Shown here: positions 15,661 to 25,590 of the stretch, piece after piece
Numbering within the stretch: the stretch's first letter is position 1
Layout: each line of letters starts with the position of its first letter
Source: a virus
Lineage: Duplodnaviria > Caudoviricetes
Virus record (IMG/VR): IMGVR_UViG_3300031519_000050
Span: 1-43,731 of that record
Reading direction: 5' to 3' (one strand)
DNA length: 43,731 bases
The notes under the pieces: model-generated
The model's input: only the letters and a program-made list of their open reading frames with translations
What the model was told of the DNA's origin: nothing
Database searches by the model: none
Translations under genes and position numbers: made by a program

Positions 15661-18600
15661 TGGCTTGGAACAATAAATATAAACAAGAAGACTTAAGGCT
15701 TATTCCATCAAAGGCAATATTATCTGACTTTGGTAAAGCAATTGATGTAGAAGATATTGTAGAATTACATATATTTTCAAGCGATGGAGTAAATAAATTA
15801 TTCTCTGTACCTGATATAACGTCATTTAAGATAGCAGAAGGTGGAATTCTAGATAACGGCGCAATAAACAACGACCCTGTTATATTTTTAGATTTACACA
15901 ATGATATACGAAATTATGTATCTGCCGGTACATTTATTGTCAAGTATAACTTTTTTAGAACTATACTTGGAAGTAACAATCAAGGCATAAACGACCTATT
16001 TGTTGACGAAATAAGTACAAGTAGGCGTGAAATTCGATTAAAAATTAGCCCTGATGCATCTCAAATAGAAAAAGAAATCTTTGAAGATTTTGCCGATAAA
16101 CTATCAATCAAAGGATCTGTTGAACATTGGGTAGATATACATGTTAATTTTGGTGATGGATTAGCTCCACTAGTTGTTAATTGGTCAATTGATAAACTTA
16201 CAACTCCAGAATTTCCATACTCTATTGTTTTAAAACTATATGACCCTTTACCTGTCGAAATAAAGGCTAAACAGCCGTGTTGGATAGTACAAGAATTGGT
16301 AACGCCTGTACAAGAAACTGTATATGTTGAGTCTCCAGAAATAGAAAAACAAGTTAACCTTTTATCAGGTCCAAACTTTAGCGTAGGTAGTCAAGAAGGT
16401 TACGGCCCAGGAACTTCTAATTTTTACAACTGGTCTACACTTACCGACGCAAAGGAAGATGTTGTCGATAAAGTTTTAAATAGATATTTTTCAAGTAGTT
16501 TAGACAATGTAAGACTTAACGTTGACTATCGAAGATATGCCCATTTTGTAAGATTTGGGTCTGCAACCGAAAGGCTTAAAAATTATCAATATAAATTGTC
16601 TCAATTAGAATTCTACGACGGGAAAATATCAGACATTTCGCATGAGGCACTATATGAACAGGGTAATTCAGAAATAGCCAATTCATATCATCACCTTAAA
16701 AATGTTCAAAATTTTAAAACCCAAAAAAATAACATAATTTCTAAATTTGATGGATACGAAAAATTCTTACACGAAGAATCAGCATCATATCAGTCTAGTT
16801 CATTAGGAGAATTTTATCCTTCAACCTGGCCAAAAGTATCTACAACAGCATTTCCAAAATCACCATATACAAACATATCGGTAACTTCATCACAAGCAAT
16901 TGACTGGTTCACAGGCGCTATATCGTCAGCATCTTTATATGATAGTATGAATATACATTCATTACAAAACACTGCCATTCCATTACATATCCACGAAGAT
17001 CCTACGCTAGGAACTGATGAAAATATAAACGGTGAATATGTAAAGTTTGTCCATATGGTTGGAGAATTTTTTGATAATATCTACCTATACGTCACAGCAA
17101 TTCCAGAAACTTGGGATAGGCACAATGCCATCGACGCAAAATTAATCGAAGGACAGTTTAGTGGATCTGATATGTTATCAAAAGATTTAATCTATATGGG
17201 ATTAAAATCCTTAGGATATAGCCAATGTTTGAAATCAAACGAGCAAGATCTTTGGACATACGTAATAGGAACCGACAATTCAGGAAGTTATGGTGACAAA
17301 ACAGAATATTTTGACACCAATGATTGGTCATTTTGGCAAGCACCAGACGATCAATATGCATCAGGAAGTTATATTCTTGGCACTTCTGAATTTTCTCAAT
17401 CCCGCGTATATGCATCGGATTATTACCAAACCTCTCATTCTCTAGCCCGAGAAAATGTTAGATTAGAATTTGGAAAAAGATTATTAAATAACTTACCACA
17501 CTTAATGAAAACCAAAGGTACGAAGGAAAATCTTCACGCATATATGAATATATATGGTATACCTAGAACATTATTTAGAATAAAGGAATGGGGTGGAACT
17601 GTACCGGTTGATTATTTTACAAATGAGTATTTTGAATATGACACCTATAATTATGGCCTAAATTTTATTGGATCTTCAAACATAACCGCATCTTGGGATG
17701 AAGTAGTTGATCCAACAATCATGTTGGATAATGGAAATAGAAGCCAGTTCCCAGACACCATAGAATTTAGATTTAAACTTCCTGACCTAAAACAATTTAA
17801 TTTAAAATGTGGAAAGATGCAGTTTCAAGAATCAAACAATAATGCCAATAAGAAAGACATGGTAATGGTTCAGATTAATTCCAGTTCATTCATAGCTGTT
17901 GAGCATGCATCCACAATAACAGAATCTGTTAGCTTCTCTACGGCCGACGATAGTAAATATGGTAGAGTAAAATTTGCATTAAAAACCTCTGGTAGTGGAA
18001 ATTCAGAATATTTTGAATCCACAGTAACAGATTGGGCCCCAATATACGATGGAGATTGGTGGAACACAATGGTTAGAAGAAATTCTCCAACTGCAACCAC
18101 TGTTACTTCCTCACTTACTGAAAACTTTACATATGATGTATTTTGTCAAAAGTCTACTGATTGGTCAAGAGCTACAATATCTCATGCAGTATCGGCCAGT
18201 TTAAGTACTGATGGTAGTACAGTGAAAGGTTTACATGCAAATGCAAGTTGGAATTCTGATGGATATATAGATACACAATGGGTTAGTAGTAGTTTTCTTT
18301 CTCCCGAAAACGCGAATTTTTCAGACGACGGATATACTGAAGGTACATATGGCACAAATTATGACTCATTTTTTATTGGAGGAGCAGTAAATAGTGCAAA
18401 TTGGTCTATAAATAATGTTACATCTTCAAATGAACAAGATGGATCTGAAAAAACCAATTATTTTAATTTTAGTGGTTCATTACAAGAATTTCGTTTTTGG
18501 ATGAAACCTTTATCTCAATCGGCATTTAACAACCACACAATTAATCCAATGGCAATTGACGGTAATACATATACATCCTCATTTCATGATCTTATTGCCA

Positions 18601-21044
18601 GATATTCGTTAGGAGCTGATTTAAAAACTTATGCACTGGGTGATGGTTCTATTATTGACTCATCACACCCAAATCAAAACATTATACGACCTTATCAAGC
18701 CAATAGAAGTACTCACATAACTGCAAGTGGATTTAACGGAACTGTTGACTTTATTGAATCATATGAAAGGGTTGCAACAATAGTTCCAAACTCAATAGGA
18801 TTAAATACTGGACAAGATAAAATTAGAATTCAGGAAAATACATTAGATGGAAATCTTTCCTACAATAAGAAAGCAGAAATTCCTTCAGGCCATCCAAATG
18901 ATGTAAATAGGGTATCAATTCAACTTACACCTGTTGACCAAATAAATATTGACATGGAACACCAATTAGGTGGAATAGATTTTAATGATTTAGTTGGAGA
19001 TCCAAGGGCAAAATATAAGTCATCATATTCTGATGTTGTATTTTATAATAATCATTATTGGCTAAAACACTTTGGACCATTTAAATATTCAGAATTCTTT
19101 AAAATGATTAGGTATTATGACGATACTGTACTCTGCCAAATGAAAAAGAATGTTCCTGGAAGAAGTAAGCCTGATTTCAACATTACAATAGAACCACATA
19201 TATTAGAAAGACCACGCATACCTGAAAGAAACCCATCACTGGATCATGTACAATTGGAAGGATCTGCATCGGCCAGGGTATATCTAAATGGAAATACTAC
19301 CGAATTAGGAAGATTTAAGCATAACGGTCCTGGAGATTCATTTTATTCTGATTGGAATAATATAGGACCCGAAGAATCTAGGTATGGTGATTTAATCTCC
19401 CCTAACCCTAATTCTGGAAATAGAAATCAAGCTCACCAATTACCACAATTGTATCCATCATATGGTACCGGAGGCCAGCGTGAAAGGGAAAATAATCCTG
19501 CAGGCCTGTTTAGAACTACAGTTGGAGAATTAGAAGCTACTATAAACAATAAACCCTTTGAACCAATCATTAAGGATGATATTTCCATGTGTTGGGAACG
19601 AGATCAACATGAAGGAGCTGCAAGGTATGAGTGGCACTCACCAGTCAATTGGTCAACAACAAAAGGAGATTATAAAGACTATTCCGTGAGTGGAACTACA
19701 TCTGTGTCCCAAACAAAGGCAGCAACAGAAATTTCATTGGCTGGAACTTTTCCTAATGCCGGTCTTGAGACTTATTCTTCAACATCCATAATACTTACGG
19801 CTACAAACGGAACAGTTGCAACATTTTTATGCCATGATTCCGGTTCTCCAGATGAAGGATCAACAGCTTCACAAGGATCCAACATAGCAGGATCTGTGTT
19901 CTTATATAATAGCAATCCTGCACAATTGGCAGCAAACATAAAAACTGCAATAAATGGCCACGTGTTATTTGATGTTGGCACGGTTGCAACAGATGGTACA
20001 GTATTAGATTCTGCAGGTAGTCAAGTTACAAAGTATATTATACCAATCACACAAAAAACACCAGGCGCAAATGGTAATACAAACATGCTTGGTACCTTCT
20101 TTCCACCATATACTGGATTACAGGCAAATATACAGGCCGCGCACACAGTTGGCAGAAGCTTTGTTTTTCCTGGTTTAAATGGCTTTTCAGGTGGAATTAC
20201 TGCACATACTGTACCAGCAATAACATCCATTAGTGATTCTACTAGAACGCGTGTAACTCAAGCAAATGCATATTGGGAAAGAGATGTTCTAATGAATGTT
20301 AGTCATCCAATGGATCCTAGAGCAGATGAGGTATTTTATGATTTTAATAAGAATGAATATTTACCAACCAATCTACATCCAAATAAACCAATGTTTGATA
20401 GAACTAGAAACTATCCAATATTAAATAATGGTCTTACATCATACGCTGATAACAAATCCTGTAGGGATAGAGGTAAAGAATTTTTCTATCCGTTTATTGG
20501 AAATCAAAGAGAATCATTCTATAAATATACCGAATTACATAGATTTGCAACAGAGTTGAGCCAGTCGTTGGGCAAAAAAATACCTAGAGTGCAATATGGA
20601 CAATCTGATATTGGATATGGCAATTTAAATGGTCAATTAATAGTTTCACATAGTGGAGCCCAAATACAAAACCTAAATGGAATATCGATACTGAGTAGAT
20701 CCGCACAGTACCAAGACTATAGGTCAAAAGGCCTACAAAATTTAATATATGATGGATGCATGATGTCAGCATCAGACTTTAATGTAGATTCTAACCAAAC
20801 AATAGATGGTGGCCCTGTTGTTGAAATAATAGACACAACACCATTTACAATTACATCAGCTCCACCAACACTCGGAGAAGGTCCAGGTAGAGTATCCGGA
20901 GAAGGTATAGGTCGTGGAGTTGGTAAATACTCTGGCAGACCAATAGGAAGAGCACCAGCAGCAGGAAGAGGACAAGTTTCATCCGGTGGTAGATATAATT
21001 ACCAAAAAACTAGTAATGATGCCCCACGAAGAAATCAATCTTGA
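15660..21044 (+). CDS. large baseplate wedge protein (gp7-like) with LamG-like region
   Basis: 1794 aa. LPHLMKTKGTKENLHAYMNIYGIP resembles the wedge motif. LamG-like TIEFRFK...DGDWWNTMV...FSGSLQEFRFW. Confidence 0.7.
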   Translation: MAWNNKYKQEDLRLIPSKAILSDFGKAIDVEDIVELHIFSSDGVNKLFSVPDITSFKIAEGGILDNGAINNDPVIFLDLHNDIRNYVSAGTFIVKYNFFRTILGSNNQGINDLFVDEISTSRREIRLKISPDASQIEKEIFEDFADKLSIKGSVEHWVDIHVNFGDGLAPLVVNWSIDKLTTPEFPYSIVLKLYDPLPVEIKAKQPCWIVQELVTPVQETVYVESPEIEKQVNLLSGPNFSVGSQEGYGPGTSNFYNWSTLTDAKEDVVDKVLNRYFSSSLDNVRLNVDYRRYAHFVRFGSATERLKNYQYKLSQLEFYDGKISDISHEALYEQGNSEIANSYHHLKNVQNFKTQKNNIISKFDGYEKFLHEESASYQSSSLGEFYPSTWPKVSTTAFPKSPYTNISVTSSQAIDWFTGAISSASLYDSMNIHSLQNTAIPLHIHEDPTLGTDENINGEYVKFVHMVGEFFDNIYLYVTAIPETWDRHNAIDAKLIEGQFSGSDMLSKDLIYMGLKSLGYSQCLKSNEQDLWTYVIGTDNSGSYGDKTEYFDTNDWSFWQAPDDQYASGSYILGTSEFSQSRVYASDYYQTSHSLARENVRLEFGKRLLNNLPHLMKTKGTKENLHAYMNIYGIPRTLFRIKEWGGTVPVDYFTNEYFEYDTYNYGLNFIGSSNITASWDEVVDPTIMLDNGNRSQFPDTIEFRFKLPDLKQFNLKCGKMQFQESNNNANKKDMVMVQINSSSFIAVEHASTITESVSFSTADDSKYGRVKFALKTSGSGNSEYFESTVTDWAPIYDGDWWNTMVRRNSPTATTVTSSLTENFTYDVFCQKSTDWSRATISHAVSASLSTDGSTVKGLHANASWNSDGYIDTQWVSSSFLSPENANFSDDGYTEGTYGTNYDSFFIGGAVNSANWSINNVTSSNEQDGSEKTNYFNFSGSLQEFRFWMKPLSQSAFNNHTINPMAIDGNTYTSSFHDLIARYSLGADLKTYALGDGSIIDSSHPNQNIIRPYQANRSTHITASGFNGTVDFIESYERVATIVPNSIGLNTGQDKIRIQENTLDGNLSYNKKAEIPSGHPNDVNRVSIQLTPVDQINIDMEHQLGGIDFNDLVGDPRAKYKSSYSDVVFYNNHYWLKHFGPFKYSEFFKMIRYYDDTVLCQMKKNVPGRSKPDFNITIEPHILERPRIPERNPSLDHVQLEGSASARVYLNGNTTELGRFKHNGPGDSFYSDWNNIGPEESRYGDLISPNPNSGNRNQAHQLPQLYPSYGTGGQRERENNPAGLFRTTVGELEATINNKPFEPIIKDDISMCWERDQHEGAARYEWHSPVNWSTTKGDYKDYSVSGTTSVSQTKAATEISLAGTFPNAGLETYSSTSIILTATNGTVATFLCHDSGSPDEGSTASQGSNIAGSVFLYNSNPAQLAANIKTAINGHVLFDVGTVATDGTVLDSAGSQVTKYIIPITQKTPGANGNTNMLGTFFPPYTGLQANIQAAHTVGRSFVFPGLNGFSGGITAHTVPAITSISDSTRTRVTQANAYWERDVLMNVSHPMDPRADEVFYDFNKNEYLPTNLHPNKPMFDRTRNYPILNNGLTSYADNKSCRDRGKEFFYPFIGNQRESFYKYTELHRFATELSQSLGKKIPRVQYGQSDIGYGNLNGQLIVSHSGAQIQNLNGISILSRSAQYQDYRSKGLQNLIYDGCMMSASDFNVDSNQTIDGGPVVEIIDTTPFTITSAPPTLGEGPGRVSGEGIGRGVGKYSGRPIGRAPAAGRGQVSSGGRYNYQKTSNDAPRRNQS

Positions 21045-21071
21045 TAATATATATAAAATTAAAACAGTACT

Positions 21072-21079
21072 ATATTTAT
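21072..21079 (+). promoter_or_regulatory. putative late promoter motif
   Basis: ATATTTAT in the intergenic gap. Confidence 0.55.
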
Positions 21080-21114
21080 TATTGATATAATCTGTAAACA
21101 CATGGAGACTTAAT

Positions 21115-21789
21115 ATGGGATATTTAGATAAAACAACAATAACGGTTGATGCAATATTAACCAAGAAGGGAAGAGAACTATTAGCAAAAAATAGATCTGC
21201 CTTTAATATTACAAAATTTGCACTTGCAGATGATGAAATTGACTACAACTTATGGGATGTTAATCATGCCTTAGGAACAAATTATTATGGCCAGGCAATT
21301 GAATCAATGCCACTTGTTGAAGCAAGTCCAGATGAAACACAAATGATGCGATATAAATTGGTAACATTACCAAAGAATATATCTAAAATGCCAGTTGTAA
21401 CTGCAATTCCTGGTGCAATATCATTGACATCAGCTGGACAAAACGCAACTGTTGTTCCTTCTACAACAAACTTTCAAAATGGAAACAACACATATGGATA
21501 TACAGCAATCCTTGCTGATTCAGATGTATGTTATTTAAACGTTGCACCAGGAGGATCTGTAGATTCAAGGTTTAATCCATCAGTACCTAGTCCTATTGAA
21601 ACAAATGTTAAGTCAATAAGTTTAGTTGGAAAGTCATTTCAAATTGTTGCAAAGGCGCAACCATTACAAACAGTATCAACAACATTAACAATTATTGGGA
21701 ACGAAACAGGTGGATCTGCAACTGTGACTATTACTGTTAACAAGGAAGAAGTTAGTACCAATATATTAGAGTCACCAGCATATAGATAA
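21115..21789 (+). CDS. baseplate/tail-fibre attachment structural protein
   Basis: AILTKKGRELLAK...ITKFALADDEIDY resembles the N-terminal half of tail-collar fibre domains. Confidence 0.7.
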   Translation: MGYLDKTTITVDAILTKKGRELLAKNRSAFNITKFALADDEIDYNLWDVNHALGTNYYGQAIESMPLVEASPDETQMMRYKLVTLPKNISKMPVVTAIPGAISLTSAGQNATVVPSTTNFQNGNNTYGYTAILADSDVCYLNVAPGGSVDSRFNPSVPSPIETNVKSISLVGKSFQIVAKAQPLQTVSTTLTIIGNETGGSATVTITVNKEEVSTNILESPAYR

Positions 21790-21800
21790 TAGGGAAAAAC

Positions 21801-23021
21801 ATGGCAAATTATAGAGACAGTAGAGGAAACCCAGTTTCACCTGCAAGATTAAGTCCAACTAAAGGACAAAACCAGAGTGATAGAGTTACTAGAGATAGGG
21901 AAAAACCTCAACAAGAACCGAGTAGAAGACCTTTTGTTCGACCAAGGCCAAATCCTATCACCCCTAGGGCAATAACCTCTGTATTTTCTGAATTTGGAGT
22001 TGATGACATTGTGGAAAATTTAGATTCTGACGTAGTAACAGCAGCACTATTTTCCGAAAACCAAGGTGAAATAGTAGGAATGTTTACATCTTCTGCTCAA
22101 AGTCAAAGTTCAGGAGAATATTATTTAGATGTATATCAAAAAGATCCCTCAACAAATAATAATCAAGAAATTCAATTTGCAATAGGATATGGCCACTACG
22201 CAGGATCAGGCTCGCAATCACCACAATATGCTTCTCCAGGTTTTACACCTAGTAAGGCAATATATACTCAGTATGCAAATACACTATTGAACGCCGGAGA
22301 TAATAGATTTACCGTAACCAATGTTCATCCTAATTCACAAGCAAATTTAGAAATGATATATGCATTAAACTTTCAACGAAGTAGAATGAAAGAAAAGATA
22401 GATCCAGGTAATTGGGAATTGCACATCGCTGGAACTGATTTTCCAATCAAACTAATTGATGACTCTACGGTATCGGACGGAACAGTTACTGAGGCAGGAA
22501 GACAATATTTTATTAGAAGTGGAACCATAGATGCAGGACCTTTAGCATCAAATACATACCATTATGGTTTGGTTTATCCTGATATGGGTGTAATAATTTT
22601 AGATCCAATGGCAATTAGTGGAAGTACGAGAATTAGGGTTAATTCCTCTAGTTATGCATACACTTCAACGGCAGTAACGGTTTCTAATGCAAATACAACA
22701 GACTTCTTTACAAGCTTAAGCGGATCTGGAGCTGCACAAATTGGATATTTAGCTGCAAGAAATAAAGAAACAATACATTCAACACACTACTTTATAAGGG
22801 TTAAAAACAATGAATTTAACTTTTCAAATAATCCTACGTTCACATCAGGATCTACAGGTACATTTTCAAATTCCTCTTTCTTTAGAGATCCAAAATCATA
22901 TGTAACATCTATAGGGTTATACAATGACAATAATGAACTATTGGCCATTGCAAAACTAAGTAAGCCGTTATTAAAAACATTTTCAAGAGAGGCTCTTGTT
23001 CGTGTAAAACTTGAATTTTAA
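21801..23021 (+). CDS. virion structural protein with tail-collar-like C-terminus
   Basis: C-terminal YVTSIGLYNDNNELLAIAKLSKPLLK. Arg/Pro-rich N-terminus. Confidence 0.75.
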   Translation: MANYRDSRGNPVSPARLSPTKGQNQSDRVTRDREKPQQEPSRRPFVRPRPNPITPRAITSVFSEFGVDDIVENLDSDVVTAALFSENQGEIVGMFTSSAQSQSSGEYYLDVYQKDPSTNNNQEIQFAIGYGHYAGSGSQSPQYASPGFTPSKAIYTQYANTLLNAGDNRFTVTNVHPNSQANLEMIYALNFQRSRMKEKIDPGNWELHIAGTDFPIKLIDDSTVSDGTVTEAGRQYFIRSGTIDAGPLASNTYHYGLVYPDMGVIILDPMAISGSTRIRVNSSSYAYTSTAVTVSNANTTDFFTSLSGSGAAQIGYLAARNKETIHSTHYFIRVKNNEFNFSNNPTFTSGSTGTFSNSSFFRDPKSYVTSIGLYNDNNELLAIAKLSKPLLKTFSREALVRVKLEF

Positions 23022-23034
23022 ATAGGGAAAAAGT

Positions 23035-24864
23035 ATGTCCGAAGTTTTTAAAACATTTGAGAAGGATGACATACAGGTACGAGGTTTTTCGGCAAACAAA
23101 TCTTATGATCTAACCTTATCTGATTATTCTGCATCGTATTTGCCAGACCAACCAGTACTTGTTGGTAGCAATCAAATTGTTCCAGCAATAAATGGATATG
23201 TAGGAAAAGCTGATAGGTTTAGTGAATTTAATAGTGGAAGTGAAGACCTAAACTCAGTAGCTGCAATTCCTTCAAGATCTGTATGGGATAATCTTTGGCA
23301 TATGTACTATAGAGATTGGCCAAACCATGGTCAAGTGTTTTGTACGTCAGGTGATTCACGAGAACACAGAGAATTGTATGATACTGCATATGTAATTTCT
23401 GTACCACATTATATTTATGGACAACAACTACACAAAGGATCTGTCGAACTTTCATTTACATCTAATGCTCCATCTGGTGCCACACATACAATAAACTTAA
23501 AAGATGACGGTTTCGGCAACCTATATAATTCAGCCTATGCAACTTCAAGTGGAAACACTAAAGATTTAAGTGTTCCTCCAAATGAAGGAACAGTTGTATA
23601 TTTGCCATTCAAAGACCTTACACCTTATCAATATATGCCATCACATGGTAAAGGATATTTAAACCAACAACTAGCACTAGGAAGCATACAAGATTTTAGT
23701 ATGTATCAGAATAAAATTTCTTCAAATAGGGTAAAGGTAATTACCGGAAGTTATTATGGTACAGGAATAGAATTCACTGGTAAATATGGTGATTCTACAA
23801 CAATAGCAACAGGCTCTACTGAACAAAAATTTTTAGAAAGTTGGAGTTATGCAAAAATAGATCCAGACTATGCACAAAATGACCAAGTAGACTTCATTGA
23901 AAATGAAGATTTTGCAGTATGTTTTTATTTAAAGGTAAATGCATCACAATATAGTGGAAGTAATAGTTTTCCAACTAGTACTATTCTAAGTCATGTTATA
24001 AAAACACAGAATAGTGAATCTTTTATAATTGGAACAGACGCAAACGACCTAAGCACTGGAGATAACAATTCACAGTATCCATTTAAGATATATTTTAATA
24101 ATAGTAATGGCCATTTGTGTGCCAGTAGAAAGGATGGATCAGGTAATGTTGGAACTTGTATAGCTGATGGAGACGATATTAGAGACGGTGTATGGAGACA
24201 TATAATATTTCAAAAGTCAGGTTCCGATTTAGATTTATATGTAAATTATAGTCTGAATACTGGAGACCATGGCACAATGGTTGACAGTGGCCAAATAAGA
24301 AACCAAAATCCTATTATACTAGGAGGACAACAGTATAGCTTAGAAGGAATTACAAATCCTACAACAAATACAAGACCTTCTGAATTTTATATGACTAGGC
24401 CGTTTGGTGGTCAAATGGATGAATTTAGAATATATAGTGGCTCACTCAGCAGCGCACAGATAAATTATATGAGTGCATCAAGCGGAACTGGACAAAACCA
24501 TTGGGGTAATGTATTTTATGAACATGGACAAATTGTATTAACCCATCCATCTTCTTCATATATTTCAAAGGCACCAAGAACTGCAAATGTTAAGTTTAGA
24601 AATACAACAAGAATAACTGAAAACTTGTTTACGTGTGAAGCAAAAGCTTCCGAGTATAACCAAACCTTTAATCCCTCGACAATTAGTAACCATAAAACAA
24701 AAGAACTACATAAATATACCAATTCTAACACTTGGACTCCATACATAACTAGGATAGGACTATACAATGATGCTGGAGAACTATTAGTGATAGGTTCACT
24801 GGCACAACCAATCCAAAAAATGGTAGATTATGATATGTCTTTTGTCGTTCGGTTTGACACTTAG
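23035..24864 (+). CDS. virion structural protein with LamG domain; C-terminus paralogous to the preceding gene
   Basis: DGVWRHIIFQKSGSDLDLYVN, FGGQMDEFRIY and YITRIGLYNDAGELLVIGSLAQPIQK. Confidence 0.8.
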   Translation: MSEVFKTFEKDDIQVRGFSANKSYDLTLSDYSASYLPDQPVLVGSNQIVPAINGYVGKADRFSEFNSGSEDLNSVAAIPSRSVWDNLWHMYYRDWPNHGQVFCTSGDSREHRELYDTAYVISVPHYIYGQQLHKGSVELSFTSNAPSGATHTINLKDDGFGNLYNSAYATSSGNTKDLSVPPNEGTVVYLPFKDLTPYQYMPSHGKGYLNQQLALGSIQDFSMYQNKISSNRVKVITGSYYGTGIEFTGKYGDSTTIATGSTEQKFLESWSYAKIDPDYAQNDQVDFIENEDFAVCFYLKVNASQYSGSNSFPTSTILSHVIKTQNSESFIIGTDANDLSTGDNNSQYPFKIYFNNSNGHLCASRKDGSGNVGTCIADGDDIRDGVWRHIIFQKSGSDLDLYVNYSLNTGDHGTMVDSGQIRNQNPIILGGQQYSLEGITNPTTNTRPSEFYMTRPFGGQMDEFRIYSGSLSSAQINYMSASSGTGQNHWGNVFYEHGQIVLTHPSSSYISKAPRTANVKFRNTTRITENLFTCEAKASEYNQTFNPSTISNHKTKELHKYTNSNTWTPYITRIGLYNDAGELLVIGSLAQPIQKMVDYDMSFVVRFDT

Positions 24865-24876
24865 TAACATTCCGCT

Positions 24877-24887
24877 ATATTTATATA
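24877..24887 (+). promoter_or_regulatory. putative late promoter motif
   Basis: GCTATATTTATATAT, the same context as at 32394. Confidence 0.65.
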
Positions 24888-24923
24888 TAGTTAAGAAATG
24901 TAAAATTATATAGGAGAATTATT

Positions 24924-25559
24924 TTGGCAATAATATTTAGAGATACAAAAGGATCCCCATTAACTCATGGTGAAGTCGATGGAAATTTCAGACACCTTAC
25001 AGGATCTCAAATTATATCCAGTAGCGGTACTCCAGCAAACCAAGCAACACTACGGGTTGAAGGAGCAATATCCGCGTCAGGAGCAATTACTGCATCAGGA
25101 TTATTTCTTACAGATGGATATACAAGTCTAAATTTAACAACAGTTAGTGCATCAGGAGCAATAAGTGCATCAGACTTGTTTTTATCTGGAAATGCAGATA
25201 TTAGAGGTAATATTACTTTAGGTGGTAATATGATTGGAGGAAATGATTCCTCAGATTCTATCACACTTAACGCCGATATTACATCAAACTTGAGACCAAA
25301 TACGGATGATACCTATGATATAGGAACAGAATCATTAAGATGGCAAGATGTACATGCATCATCAGTAAATGCGGAAGTTCTTGCACTCAATAAAATAACA
25401 GCGTCAGGAACATCAACCTTAGCAGCTGGACAAAACGGAATTTGGATGGGACCATTTTCAATTAGTGGCACCGTTGATATAGGAGCAGGCAGTAATTTTG
25501 TAGTTACGAGCTTTAACCGAATGGCAGAAATAAATTTAATAAATGTTAGTGACTACTAA
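24924..25559 (+). CDS. short fibre protein (TTG start)
   Basis: N-terminal KGSPLTHGEVDGNF fibre-attachment-like motif, ISASG repeats and PNTDDTYDIG..SLRW. SD AGGAG. Confidence 0.75.
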   Translation: MAIIFRDTKGSPLTHGEVDGNFRHLTGSQIISSSGTPANQATLRVEGAISASGAITASGLFLTDGYTSLNLTTVSASGAISASDLFLSGNADIRGNITLGGNMIGGNDSSDSITLNADITSNLRPNTDDTYDIGTESLRWQDVHASSVNAEVLALNKITASGTSTLAAGQNGIWMGPFSISGTVDIGAGSNFVVTSFNRMAEINLINVSDY

Positions 25560-25590
25560 ATAAAACTAAACAGAATAAGGAGCAAACAAA

